Of a stretch of DNA of 64,000 bases, positions 18,199-27,594 are shown piece by piece (within the stretch, counting starts at the first letter, position 1; each line of letters begins with the position of its first letter). A model generated the notes under the pieces. That model did not search any database. It had not been told where the DNA came from and worked only from the letters and a program-made list of their open reading frames with translations. The position numbers and the translations under genes are program-made. The stretch is from assembly GCA_018368455.1 (NCBI GenBank), contig JAGZEG010000002.1, positions 198,949 through 262,948 of the forward strand. The letters run 5' to 3'. This stretch comes from Coriobacteriia bacterium (GTDB lineage Bacteria > Actinomycetota > Coriobacteriia > Coriobacteriales > UMGS124).

Positions 18199-19809
18199 TT
18201 AGCGGATGTGGAACACGGTGTCGACGTCCTGGGGGATGACGCGGCCCGTCTCGGTGACGACGCGCACGCACAAGTCATAGCTGCCGGGCTCTAGGCCCTC
18301 GAGCGTGTACGACCAGTAGATCCAGCGATCGATCGTCGACGAGGACGTGTCGCAGACCTGCCATGTCTTGCCGCGGTCGAGCGAGAACTGGATCTCGGTG
18401 ACCTGCTCGTTAAAGCCGTCGGCGTAGCCCTCGAACGTCACGGTGTTCGTATCGGTGAAGATCTGACCGTCCTGGACGTTGAGGAACGCGGCAACCGGCT
18501 TGTTGAAGTACGTGTCGTCCTCGCCGGGCACGAGCGTGCCGGGCACGTCGTTCTTCCACTTCGTCACGTCAGCGGAGTCGAGGAACTGCAGCTCGGTGAT
18601 GTAGCGGCGGCTTGAGGAGGCGCCGGTGCCCTCCGTGAGCATCGCGCAGGGGTAGCCGAGCTCGCTGGGGAGGTTCTCGCCGTTCATCTGAAAGACGAGG
18701 ATAGCCTTCTTCTCGATGAGCCAGTCAACCTTGAACGTGGACTTGCCCTCCTCGCACACGAGCGTCACCGCGTCGCCCGTCACGCCCGCCATCTCGCAGA
18801 TCGTCTCGAATGGGATGCCCGTGACCTCGGCGTTCGCGATGAACGCGTCGCCGACGCCGTTGGCCGAGCAGTTCCACTTCATGACGCGCGTCTCGAGCTG
18901 GTCCTCGGGAATGTCGACGAGCTTGAGGTCGAGCGGGTTGTCGACGAGGCCACCGACCGTGATGACGCGATCCTGCAGGATGGAGTCGTCACTGCTCGAG
19001 TGCAGAGCGATGCCATTGGGGTTCGTCGAGGCGGACAGCTGGTAGTAGGCCTCGTCGTTGTCGGTCAGGACATTCTGGTCGAACGAGAACGTACCCTGGA
19101 CGTCGGCGACCTCCGTGAAGCCCTGCATCTGGTCGTACTTGACCTCATCCCACAGGCTGAACTCGCCCGTTGTGGGGTCAACGTAGTGGCACGACATGCA
19201 GCTGCCGTTCAGCGAGCTGAACGCGTCGCTGTTGAGGTGCGCGTTGTGCACGACGTTGCCGAGCTCCAGGCCCGGACGGTTGAACAGCGGGCCCTGCTGG
19301 CCGTCGTGACACGCGATGCACGTCGTAACAGAGAGCGGGTCGTCACCGTAGCTATTAAGACCGTTGTGCGAGATGGGGCACCACTCGATGGCGTCCTCGA
19401 GCGCGTGGCACGACGTGCAGCCGCGCTCCTGCGCCTTGATGATGCCCACATTGTAGTGGCGCGCGTCGTCGGGCACCGGCTGAACCTGCGTGCCGTCCTC
19501 GAGCGTCGTGATCTCGGGAGCGTAGATTGCCTTGGCATCCTCATCGCGCTGCGTGCGGTTCTCGACGTAGGCCGCGAGCTCGTCGGGATTGTCAAAGACC
19601 GACTGGTCGGCCTGCGAGTCGTACGTCCTGGTTGGTGCGTCAGAGCTGGCCGCGTCCTGCTGGCCGCTCGCCGCCTCGCCAGCGCCAGCGGGCACCGGGG
19701 CGCACAGAGCCAGCGCAACGGCCGCCGTGGCGCCACAGGCGAGCAGCGCGCTCAAGCGACGTCGAATGCCGGGACGCTCGGCAACGGCCGCGCACACCTT
19801 CTTGTTCAT
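18199..19809 (-). CDS. Triheme c-type cytochrome fused to a sulfite-oxidase-fold domain and a C-terminal Ig-like domain
   Basis: ATG 19809 with GGAGGAG upstream. Signal with RRR (ERPGIRRRLSALLACGATAAVALALCA). Three CxxCH motifs (CTSCH, CIACH, CMSCH). Then VMKWNCSANGVG (Cys-x-x-Asn Mo-ligand-like), GYPCAML, and a beta-rich tail resembling a Moco dimerisation domain. Confidence 0.65.
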   Translation of the reverse strand: MNKKVCAAVAERPGIRRRLSALLACGATAAVALALCAPVPAGAGEAASGQQDAASSDAPTRTYDSQADQSVFDNPDELAAYVENRTQRDEDAKAIYAPEITTLEDGTQVQPVPDDARHYNVGIIKAQERGCTSCHALEDAIEWCPISHNGLNSYGDDPLSVTTCIACHDGQQGPLFNRPGLELGNVVHNAHLNSDAFSSLNGSCMSCHYVDPTTGEFSLWDEVKYDQMQGFTEVADVQGTFSFDQNVLTDNDEAYYQLSASTNPNGIALHSSSDDSILQDRVITVGGLVDNPLDLKLVDIPEDQLETRVMKWNCSANGVGDAFIANAEVTGIPFETICEMAGVTGDAVTLVCEEGKSTFKVDWLIEKKAILVFQMNGENLPSELGYPCAMLTEGTGASSSRRYITELQFLDSADVTKWKNDVPGTLVPGEDDTYFNKPVAAFLNVQDGQIFTDTNTVTFEGYADGFNEQVTEIQFSLDRGKTWQVCDTSSSTIDRWIYWSYTLEGLEPGSYDLCVRVVTETGRVIPQDVDTVFHIR

Positions 19810-20052
19810 GAGTCTCCTCCTTCTGCCGGATTTGGGCCTGACAGTACGTCACGGTAGAAAAAGACCTGGTCAGGCGGTATCGACCAAACGGCCGATTCAT
19901 CTGGGAGTAGCCCGGGTCGGGGGGAGTCGGCCAAAAAGTCGATAGTGACAGGCAGGCCGTTTCGCACCGATAATGGCAGTCACGCGCAACTGTGCGCAGG
20001 CGATGACCGCCCCGCGTGCGCCCATGATAAAAGCGAGCCGAGAGGAGAGCAC

Positions 20053-21666
20053 ATGCCGATAGAGCGCCCGGAGCGGCTGCGCCTACTTGGCATCGCTTGC
20101 TGCGCCGTCGGCTACGGCCTCAACTCGGTGTGGTGCATCCTCATGGGACACACGCCCGAGTTCATGGCGTCTGTCTCCGAAGCCGGGCTCGCCGTGAACA
20201 CACGGCTGTTCTATCTGGCAGGCGTCCTTGCCTTCGCCCTGGTATGTATAGCGCTCCCCGGCGTCATGCGGCGCTCCGACAGCGTGCTTCGCTTCGTGCT
20301 GCCCATCGTTGGCATCATCGGCACCGTCTGCTTTGCCCTGCCTGCCAACGGCTTGCTCGCACCGCTTGTGCCCACGGCGCTCATTGGCCTGTTCCTAACC
20401 GGCGTCGTGTTCTTCTGGATCGCAGCGCGCTACATCCTGCTGCTTGCGCGCTCACAGGGCGTCCGGGCCGTCATCGCGGGCGTTAGCGGCGGGCTCGTTC
20501 TCAAGGTCGCGCTGGCGGAGGCGTTCAACGACGTACCGTCGTTCGCCATCCACCTGGGATGCGCCCTGGCTGCGCTCATCCTGGCCGCCGGGCTGTTCGA
20601 AGTAGCGTGTGCCCTGTTGCGCAAGGCCGCCACCCGCGAAGACAGCGCAGGCACCGAGCCGGCGCATGCCTCAACATCGCATCCGCAGCTAGAAGTTCCG
20701 GACGGAAAACTGGGCGCGGCAGACCACCGTCCGCACCGCACGATATTCGGTGTCCCACAGCGCGAGCCGCTGGGCGCCCCAGCGGCACGGAGTACGCGCA
20801 TCTCGATGTACCTGCTGCTCGTCGTTGCCGGCGTCGTGCTCGCCGTCGCCCGATCCGTCAGCAACCTGGGCCTGTGGGGCGGGTCGGGTGCCATCTCGGA
20901 CACGTCGCCCTGGCTTGCCGGCGTCATCATCCCTGGCGCGCTTGTGCTGTTGTTCGCATACTTTATTCTTGTGCGCACCGACCGCCTGCCGCTGGCGACG
21001 CGCTTTCAGCCGGCACTGTTCCTGACAATGGCAGGCCTGTTTGCCGTCGCCATCCAGTCGAACCCGAGCGGGACGGGCATCGTGCTGCTCACCGTCGTCA
21101 TTCAGGTCTGCGAGCTCTTCGCGCACCTGACGCTGTGGACGGTCACGGCAACGGCACTTGGCGTGCTCGGCATGCCATCGTACCGAGCGGTCAGCCTGGG
21201 CTGGGGCATTTACGCGGCCGCATCGATCATCTGGGTCGCCGTGCTCGCCAACGCCCCGATGATCATCACGCTTGTCATCATGCTCGCGCTCTATCTTGGC
21301 ACCGTTGGCCTGCTGTACGTCATTGGCACGCTGTCAAGCGGACGAGTCGGCATCCCCGAGGCAGCGCCCACGAGCACGCAAGCAGATGCGGGGCAGCCCC
21401 ACGCCCAGATTCCGGCAGCCCAGCCCCTCATCGATCGGTGCCACGCCCTCGCCGAGGCGTACGGCCTTTCACCCCGCGAGACAGAAGTACTCGAGCTCGT
21501 CGTGCAGGGACGCTCCTACGCCGTCGTGCAGGACGAGCTCAGCCTGTCGGGCAGTACCGTCAAGACGCACATGTCGCACATCTACACGAAGACGGGCACC
21601 ACCGGTCGCCAAGCCCTGCTTGATCTCGTCTGGCACACCGAACCCGGAGACGAAGGCGCGGCTTAG
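20053..21666 (+). CDS. Polytopic membrane LuxR-family transcriptional regulator
   Basis: ATG 20053 with GAGGAGAG upstream. About 10 predicted TM helices are followed by the C-terminal LSPRETEVLELVVQGRSYAVVQDELSLSGSTVKTHMSHIYTKTG (GerE/LuxR HTH). Confidence 0.8.
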   Translation: MPIERPERLRLLGIACCAVGYGLNSVWCILMGHTPEFMASVSEAGLAVNTRLFYLAGVLAFALVCIALPGVMRRSDSVLRFVLPIVGIIGTVCFALPANGLLAPLVPTALIGLFLTGVVFFWIAARYILLLARSQGVRAVIAGVSGGLVLKVALAEAFNDVPSFAIHLGCALAALILAAGLFEVACALLRKAATREDSAGTEPAHASTSHPQLEVPDGKLGAADHRPHRTIFGVPQREPLGAPAARSTRISMYLLLVVAGVVLAVARSVSNLGLWGGSGAISDTSPWLAGVIIPGALVLLFAYFILVRTDRLPLATRFQPALFLTMAGLFAVAIQSNPSGTGIVLLTVVIQVCELFAHLTLWTVTATALGVLGMPSYRAVSLGWGIYAAASIIWVAVLANAPMIITLVIMLALYLGTVGLLYVIGTLSSGRVGIPEAAPTSTQADAGQPHAQIPAAQPLIDRCHALAEAYGLSPRETEVLELVVQGRSYAVVQDELSLSGSTVKTHMSHIYTKTGTTGRQALLDLVWHTEPGDEGAA

Positions 21667-21680
21667 CTCGCGCGGCCGAC

Positions 21681-21896
21681 TTACGCTTGAGATTCCCGAA
21701 ACTCGGCCACTAGGTCTTCTGCAAGATAACCGTCGCTTCGACAATGCATGTCTGATATGCCGTTACTCATAAGGTCATACGTATGAGAGCGATAAAAGAA
21801 GCCAAGCGCTTCTCGAGGTGACAGGTGTGCCAGCTCGGCGAACAATCCCACAACGCGGGCATACTTCTTTTGAAGCAGAATGGGATTGGCGTTCAT
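21681..21896 (-). CDS. DUF3791-like small protein
   Basis: 71 aa, overlaps the upstream gene by 4 nt (ATGA). The family call is from memory of DUF3791/DUF3990 cassettes. Visibly lower GC than flanks. Confidence 0.55.
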   Translation of the reverse strand: MNANPILLQKKYARVVGLFAELAHLSPREALGFFYRSHTYDLMSNGISDMHCRSDGYLAEDLVAEFRESQA

Positions 21897-22366
21897 AGAT
21901 GTTCGCTTCCCTCAAAATGGAGATACCGGTCGATAACGCGCTGCGTCCTGAGGCAAATTTGATCGTTCGGCCGTTCAAAACGCAGGCGCCTGATTGCCTC
22001 CCCCTTATCGATCAGTCCATCAAAATAGAGTTCCACCGTGTTGAATACCTTGTCGTTTGCCACGCCCCCACGCACAATTTCGTAATCGCTCTCGTCGCAA
22101 CCAGCCCGGCATGCGAGAATGAAATCGAGCCAATCTTCATCATATGCGTCAAAAACAAGCGCCCTGACCTCGGCAAATACCCGATCTTCAAGGCTATAGC
22201 GCGACACGATACCCGGTTTCCCCTCACGCAGGAAACGCCGGCACCACGCACGAGCCTGGTCGGGAAGAGGCGTCGTGTAAAAACCTCGGCCAAAGTCAAC
22301 ACGATCCCGCGAATGGAGAAGGTCGGGGTGAGCAACCTCCATATATGAACCGTGGTAGACGATCAC
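21893..22366 (-). CDS. DUF3990-like protein with H-Y-E ADP-ribosyltransferase-like motifs
   Basis: 157 aa. MIVYHGS, DFGRGFYTT and SDYEIVRGG occur in the order of the H, Y and E elements of diphtheria-toxin/PARP-type ARTs. 4-nt overlaps with both neighbours. Confidence 0.55.
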   Translation of the reverse strand: MIVYHGSYMEVAHPDLLHSRDRVDFGRGFYTTPLPDQARAWCRRFLREGKPGIVSRYSLEDRVFAEVRALVFDAYDEDWLDFILACRAGCDESDYEIVRGGVANDKVFNTVELYFDGLIDKGEAIRRLRFERPNDQICLRTQRVIDRYLHFEGSEHL

Positions 22367-22626
22367 GCATCCACCCCCTTATCACGCATAACGCGTAGGA
22401 TATCGTCAACGATGTAGTCTTTACCTTGCGTGTGCAGTGCGTCGTAACTCGGTATGACATAGGTATAAAGAAGGTCATCAGGCCCAGTCAGCGCCCGATA
22501 CACGCGATCACCCGGGACGCCAAGCCGTTCTGCAACGCTTTCGATGCAAAAGATCGCAAACTCGAGACTGTCAGCCAAAGAAGGGCCAGAGGACATAGCA
22601 CTGGGGCCGTTCCAATCAGCTCTCAT
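22363..22626 (-). CDS. DUF3791-like small protein (second copy)
   Basis: ATG 22626 with GGGAGG 6 nt upstream. 87 aa; LEFAIFCIESVAERLGV..VY resembles the paralog at 21681..21896. Confidence 0.55.
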   Translation of the reverse strand: MRADWNGPSAMSSGPSLADSLEFAIFCIESVAERLGVPGDRVYRALTGPDDLLYTYVIPSYDALHTQGKDYIVDDILRVMRDKGVDA

Positions 22627-22804
22627 GCAATGCCTCCCATCAACAAGATCCTATGCCATCGCGCTAATACACCAATCTGGTATGTCCATCGCCCTTACTA
22701 TACCCAGGTGATAGACAAACACCCAAGAGTTCAGCCAATCCCACTTCACACCGTGATAGCATCGGAAAAGTACCAAGCTTCCGGAACCCGTGAGAGGCAA
22801 GAAC

Positions 22805-23494
22805 ATGTCTACACAAACAAGGTCGACTTCCGGGATTCTCGCAACGCTCTTAATATCTCTTATAATCTCGGGAGCCCTATGCGGCTGTTCGACACCGAAT
22901 ATTCAGGTAACTGTAACACCGGGAGAAACCACCTCGTCCCCCGGCAATGTCGCAGAACTCCCAGAAACAGACGCCAACAACCCACCCGCAGATGCGACGA
23001 CCACTACATACCCCTCACAGGCAGCCATCGACCAGGCAGGCTTTAAAGAGGAAATGCTGCGTCGCGGCATCGAAGAGAATCGCAACAACCCAAGATTCAA
23101 CCCCTATTGGAACGTCATCGACTTCACCTTCACGATGAACCGAAGCGACCCGAGCGCTCCCTATCCCGACCACATGCGCTACGTATACGCCACCCCCGAG
23201 GGCATCACAGAAAGCGAATCGGGCATCGGCCGCATCACCCTTTATCCCAGTCCCGCCGGCCCCTCTTACGATATATGGGTTATGCACCGGACGGACAGCG
23301 AAGGGACCCCGTACCTGCGCTCGACCGCCAATGTCGAGGGTATCGGTATTGTCGATATCGCATATTACGAAGATTTCAGCGATAGCTGGTACATCGCAAG
23401 CACAGGCGAGGCAATTAGTTTGGACACGGATGGCGTCTGGCGCCCGTTCGGCGATCCCGACGCTGAGCCGTGGACGCCATACTTTTTCGGATAA
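22805..23494 (+). CDS. Putative lipoprotein, unknown function
   Basis: ATG 22805 (GAGG upstream). MSTQTRSTSGILATLLISLIISGALCGCS contains a lipobox-like L-C-G-C. Lower GC than the surrounding genome. Confidence 0.6.
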   Translation: MSTQTRSTSGILATLLISLIISGALCGCSTPNIQVTVTPGETTSSPGNVAELPETDANNPPADATTTTYPSQAAIDQAGFKEEMLRRGIEENRNNPRFNPYWNVIDFTFTMNRSDPSAPYPDHMRYVYATPEGITESESGIGRITLYPSPAGPSYDIWVMHRTDSEGTPYLRSTANVEGIGIVDIAYYEDFSDSWYIASTGEAISLDTDGVWRPFGDPDAEPWTPYFFG

Positions 23495-23519
23495 CGGAAA
23501 ATCCGGTCAGGACCTCGCG

Positions 23520-23568
23520 CACGCAAAGCGCCGCCACCCTCGGCATGAGGATGGCGGCGCTTTTTAGT
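23520..23568 (+). terminator. Terminator hairpin; right copy of the 49-bp perfect direct repeat
   Basis: Identical 49 nt to 17237..17285. It follows the lipoprotein gene stop by 26 nt. Confidence 0.7.
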
Positions 23569-23598
23569 CGCGGGCTTGCTGCCGCGGCGAAATCGCCC

Positions 23599-23871
23599 CT
23601 ACTTTGCGAGCTTTTCGATGACGGTCTCAATCTCAGCGAGCTTGCGGTCCTTCTCCTCGTCGGAGCCGGAGTCGGCCGCGGCGCGCACGCAGTGCTCGAT
23701 GTGCGCCTTGAGCACGGTCGCGTTCGTCTTGGAGAGGAGCTTCTCCGTCGCCATGAGCTGTGTCGAGACGTCGATGCAATAGCGGTCGTCCTCGACCATC
23801 TTGATGATGCCGTCGATCTGGCCACGCGCCGTGCGCAGGTAGCGCAGGACGGTGGCGTGGTCGGCCATCAT
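23599..23871 (-). CDS. csoR: Copper-sensing repressor CsoR (CsoR/RcnR family)
   Basis: LRTARGQIDGIIKMVEDDRYCIDVSTQL..LKAHIEHCV carries the C-H-C ligand pattern. It is the last gene of the copA-copZ-csoR operon. Confidence 0.85.
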   Translation of the reverse strand: MMADHATVLRYLRTARGQIDGIIKMVEDDRYCIDVSTQLMATEKLLSKTNATVLKAHIEHCVRAAADSGSDEEKDRKLAEIETVIEKLAK

Positions 23872-23872
23872 G

Positions 23873-24094
23873 TTAGGCAGCCGTGATGTCGAGGACCTTG
23901 TAATTCTCGCTCGCACCGGTGACGGCAGCCCTGAGCTGCTCGGGCGTCACGTCGTCAGAGCACTCAACCTCGACGGTGTTCGTGTCGTGATCGGCCTCGG
24001 CATCGGTCACGCCGGCAACGGCCAGCAGCGCCGACTCGACGTTCGCCTCGCAGTGACCGCACATGAGACCCTGCGTCTTGATGGTGTACTTCAT
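23873..24094 (-). CDS. copZ: Copper chaperone CopZ (heavy-metal-associated domain)
   Basis: ATG 24094. MKYTIKTQGLMCGHCEANVESAL contains the MxCxxC metal site. 73 aa. Confidence 0.85.
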   Translation of the reverse strand: MKYTIKTQGLMCGHCEANVESALLAVAGVTDAEADHDTNTVEVECSDDVTPEQLRAAVTGASENYKVLDITAA

Positions 24095-24199
24095 GATGAT
24101 AGACCCCTCTCGTCGTTGATCGAATGGCCGGGCGCCACGCCCGTCGCAGGCACGCACCCTCTTGACACGACGGCCCCTGGTGCGCAGGCCGCTTGTACC

Positions 24200-26527
24200 C
24201 TATTTCTCGCGCGGAGCGAGCTTGCTCTTGAACCCCCGCAGGCGCAGCGCGTTGCTGACGACGCAGATGGAGCTCAGGCTCATAGCCGCCGCGCCGAACA
24301 TCGGCGACAACTGCCAACCCAGCAGCGGGTAGAACACGCCCGCGGCCAGCGGAATGCCGATGGAGTTGTAGAACAGCGCCCAGAACAGGTCCTGCTTGAT
24401 GTTGCGAATCGTGGCGCGCGACAGCTCGATGGCCCGCGTCACGTCGAGCAGGTCGGAGCGCATCAGGACAACATCGGCGGAGTCGGCTGCGATGTCGGCG
24501 CCGGCCCCAATGGCGATGCCCACGTCGGCGCGTGCCAGGGCAGGCGCGTCGTTGATGCCGTCGCCCACCATGGCGACGGTCAGCCCCTCGTCCTGCAGCT
24601 CGCGAACGTGGCGCTCCTTGTCCTGCGGCAGCACGTCAGCGATGACGTCCTCGGGCGCGATGCCCACCTGAGCTGCGATGGCCCGGGCGGTCATCTCGTT
24701 GTCGCCGGTCAGCATCACAGCACGCACGCCCAGCTCGCCCAGCGTGCGCACGGCCTGGGCGCTCGTCGGCTTCACGGTATCAGCCGCGGCGATCGTCCCC
24801 ATGAGCGCGCCGTTCTTCACAAAGAACAGCGGCGTCTTGCCGGCCTTGGCGCACGTCTCACGCACGTCGGTCGGCGCCGGCACGCCGAGCTCCTCCAGAT
24901 AGCGCGCGTTGCCGGCGGCGATGACGTTGGCGCCCTCGCGCGCCGTGACGCCCCGACCCGGCAGCGCTTCGAAGTCGCTCACCTGACGGGCGACGATGCC
25001 GACCTCCTTGGCGTGGGCGACGATGGCGGCGGCCAGCGGATGCTCGCTCTGAGCCTCCAGCGCGGCGGCCATCTTGAGCAGCGCCTTCTCAGAGACGCCC
25101 TCGACCGGCAGCACATCGGTGACGCTCGGCGTACCGCGTGTGATCGTGCCGGTCTTGTCAAGCACGACGGCGCCGACCTTGTGCAGCGTCTCGAGGGCCT
25201 CGGCGCTCTTGAACAGGATGCCCATCTCGGCGCCCTTGCCCGTGGACACCATGATCGCGACAGGCGTTGCCAGACCGAGCGCACACGGACAGCTGATGAC
25301 GACGACGGCAACAGCCGAGGTCAGCGAGCGGCCCACGTCGGCACCGGTCGCAATCATCCACGCGACGAACGTGATGGCGGCGATGCACAGCACAACGGGC
25401 ACGAACACGCCGGCGACCTTGTCGGCCATGCGGGCGATGGGTGCCTTCGTAGCGTTGGCGTCCTCGACGAGCTGGATGATGCGCGCGAGGTTCGTGTCGG
25501 CGCCCACGCGCGTCGCCCGGAACGTGAACGCGCCCGTACCGTTGATGGTCGCGGCGCTCACCGTGTCGCCGACGTTCTTCTCAACGGGGATGGACTCACC
25601 CGTCAGCGCCGACTCGTCGACGGCCGACGCGCCCTCGAGAATGACGCCGTCCACCGGGATGGACTCGCCGGGACGCACGCGCACGACATCGCCGACGTTG
25701 ATGTCGTCGACGGAGACCGCGCGCTCTTCATCGCCCACGACGAGCGTGGCCGTCTTGGGCGCAAGGTCGATGAGGTGCTCGATGGCGTCACCCGTCTTGG
25801 CCTTACTGCACGTCTCAAGGTACTTGCCCACCGTAACGAGCGCCAGGATCATGCCGGCCGACTCGAGGTAGAGGTTGTCCATCGCGAACATGTGCGCCAT
25901 GTGGGCCATACCCTCGCCGAGCTCCGTGCTCACGACGAACATCGCATACAGCGAGTAGATGACCGAGGCGGCGGCGCCGATGGCGATGAGCGTGTCCATG
26001 TTGGGCGCACCGTGGACGAGCGACTTGAAGCCGTTCGTGAAGTAGGCGCGGTTGACGAGCAGGATGGGCGCCACGAGCAGCAGCATGGCGAGACACCAGT
26101 TCATGATGTGGGCCTCGCCGGTGAAGAACGATGGCAACGGCCAGCCGAACATGTGGCCCATACCCAGGTAGAACAGGGGAACGAGGAAGACGATTGACGT
26201 GATGAGGCGGGTTCGCATCTTGCGAGCCGTCTCCTCGAGCTTCTTCGTGGGGCTCTCGAGCTTGAGCGGCTTGCGAGCCGCCTGGCCGCCCGCAGCCCCC
26301 GCGGCACCCGGAGCCGCCTGGGGGCTTGCCGAGTAGCCGGCTTTGTCGACGGCGGCGCAGATGCCATCGGCGCTTAGGGCAGCGTCGTCGTAGTCGACGG
26401 ACATGGAGCCCGAGAGCAAGTTGACCGCAACGCTCTGCACGCCGGGAAGCTTCGTGACCGCCTTCTCCACATGCGCCTGGCACGCGGCGCAGCTCATCCC
26501 GCCCACGTCGAACTTCTGATGCGCCAT
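24200..26527 (-). CDS. copA: Copper-translocating P1B-type ATPase
   Basis: N-terminal HMA ([11 protein letters not shown]), the CPC motif ([12 protein letters not shown]), [15 protein letters not shown] and the TGES actuator motif are all present. Confidence 0.95.
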   Translation of the reverse strand: MAHQKFDVGGMSCAACQAHVEKAVTKLPGVQSVAVNLLSGSMSVDYDDAALSADGICAAVDKAGYSASPQAAPGAAGAAGGQAARKPLKLESPTKKLEETARKMRTRLITSIVFLVPLFYLGMGHMFGWPLPSFFTGEAHIMNWCLAMLLLVAPILLVNRAYFTNGFKSLVHGAPNMDTLIAIGAAASVIYSLYAMFVVSTELGEGMAHMAHMFAMDNLYLESAGMILALVTVGKYLETCSKAKTGDAIEHLIDLAPKTATLVVGDEERAVSVDDINVGDVVRVRPGESIPVDGVILEGASAVDESALTGESIPVEKNVGDTVSAATINGTGAFTFRATRVGADTNLARIIQLVEDANATKAPIARMADKVAGVFVPVVLCIAAITFVAWMIATGADVGRSLTSAVAVVVISCPCALGLATPVAIMVSTGKGAEMGILFKSAEALETLHKVGAVVLDKTGTITRGTPSVTDVLPVEGVSEKALLKMAAALEAQSEHPLAAAIVAHAKEVGIVARQVSDFEALPGRGVTAREGANVIAAGNARYLEELGVPAPTDVRETCAKAGKTPLFFVKNGALMGTIAAADTVKPTSAQAVRTLGELGVRAVMLTGDNEMTARAIAAQVGIAPEDVIADVLPQDKERHVRELQDEGLTVAMVGDGINDAPALARADVGIAIGAGADIAADSADVVLMRSDLLDVTRAIELSRATIRNIKQDLFWALFYNSIGIPLAAGVFYPLLGWQLSPMFGAAAMSLSSICVVSNALRLRGFKSKLAPREK

Positions 26528-26627
26528 GCGCGTATCACCTCCAAGCCGGGGTCACGTGGTCAGCTCGCAGCGCAGGCCCGCGGCCCTCCAAGAAAGTTTG
26601 CCTCTACGTACATACCATCTGACTCGG

Positions 26628-26658
26628 AGTATAGACCCCCACCCCAGGGGGGTGTCAA
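26628..26658 (-). promoter_or_regulatory. copA promoter with CsoR-type G/C-tract operator in the spacer
   Basis: The minus strand reads TTGACA-cccccctggggtgggggtc-TATACT (19-nt spacer). The C5-6/G5-6 inverted tracts resemble known CsoR operators. About 100 nt upstream of the copA ATG. Confidence 0.55.
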
Positions 26659-27140
26659 GCTCATTGAGAGACTTCGGGCGGTCGGAAGAGCCCGCTCGAC
26701 CTCTCCGCGTCGCTATACGGGCCTTCCTCGGCAGTCGTTAGGCCCGCTCGACCACCGAACGGCGTCACGCAAGCCCCTCTTCGCCGCCTCTTTGCACGGG
26801 ACGCCCACCCGGACGGCCAAGAATCGCGCTCGTGAATAGGCGTTCTGGAACCTGAGGCCTTCGACGGGCCGAGGACGCCAAATCTACCTGCGGAAACGGC
26901 GGGCGCGTCCTCATCGGGCAGTACATGAGCTCATCTTCTGGCCACAATCCAGCCCCGCCCCGCAGAACTCCGCGCGAAGGCCCCTCCCGCCCAGCGAGAG
27001 AGCACGCTTGTTTGAATAGGCATCCTTACCGTGCGCCCGAGGCCGTCGGTTCGCCAATTATTCGGTACCATATTATTCGGTAGCTAATGAATATCGCTCG
27101 CAATCCTTCGGAAGGCGGGCGAGCCCACGGGGAGGACGCC

Positions 27141-27584
27141 ATGCCTGATACGTCGAACCTTGCGCTGCTGCGGGCGTTTCGCCGCTGCTCGCACCTGCAG
27201 CGGCTCGCCAGCAAGAACCATGGGCAGGATCGCCTGCTCATCGTGCTCGCCGAGCGCGGAACACTCCTGCAGAGCCAGCTGGCAAAGATCACGCAGCGCC
27301 AGCCCGCCACGCTCTGCCAGCAGCTCGAGTCCATGGAGCAAGCTGGCCTCGTGGGCCGCTCCCCCAACGAACAGGACCGCCGCCTCGTCGACGTCTCGCT
27401 CACACCTGCCGGCAACGCCGCCGCACAGGAGGCCATCGCTCGCCGCCAGGCTACGGCCGACGCCCTGTTCGGCCCTCTCACCAGCGAGGACGACCGCGCC
27501 GCACTCGCCCGCATCCTGAATACGCTGCACGACGCCTGGAAAGCCGAGGTTCACGGCGGCGACCTCACGGCCACGCACCGCTAG
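27141..27584 (+). CDS. MarR-family transcriptional regulator
   Basis: ATG 27141 with GGGGAGG upstream. LLQSQLAKITQRQPATLCQQLESMEQAGLVGRSPNEQDRRLVDVSLTPAG is the MarR wHTH and wing. Confidence 0.85.
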   Translation: MPDTSNLALLRAFRRCSHLQRLASKNHGQDRLLIVLAERGTLLQSQLAKITQRQPATLCQQLESMEQAGLVGRSPNEQDRRLVDVSLTPAGNAAAQEAIARRQATADALFGPLTSEDDRAALARILNTLHDAWKAEVHGGDLTATHR

Positions 27585-27594
27585 GCAGGCGCCC

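Noticed and set aside
17237-23568. Calling the repeat-bracketed segment a prophage, ICE or transposon
   Set aside because: No integrase, transposase, relaxase or phage genes lie inside or beside it, and only part of it is compositionally distinct. It is reported only as a repeat-bracketed segment.
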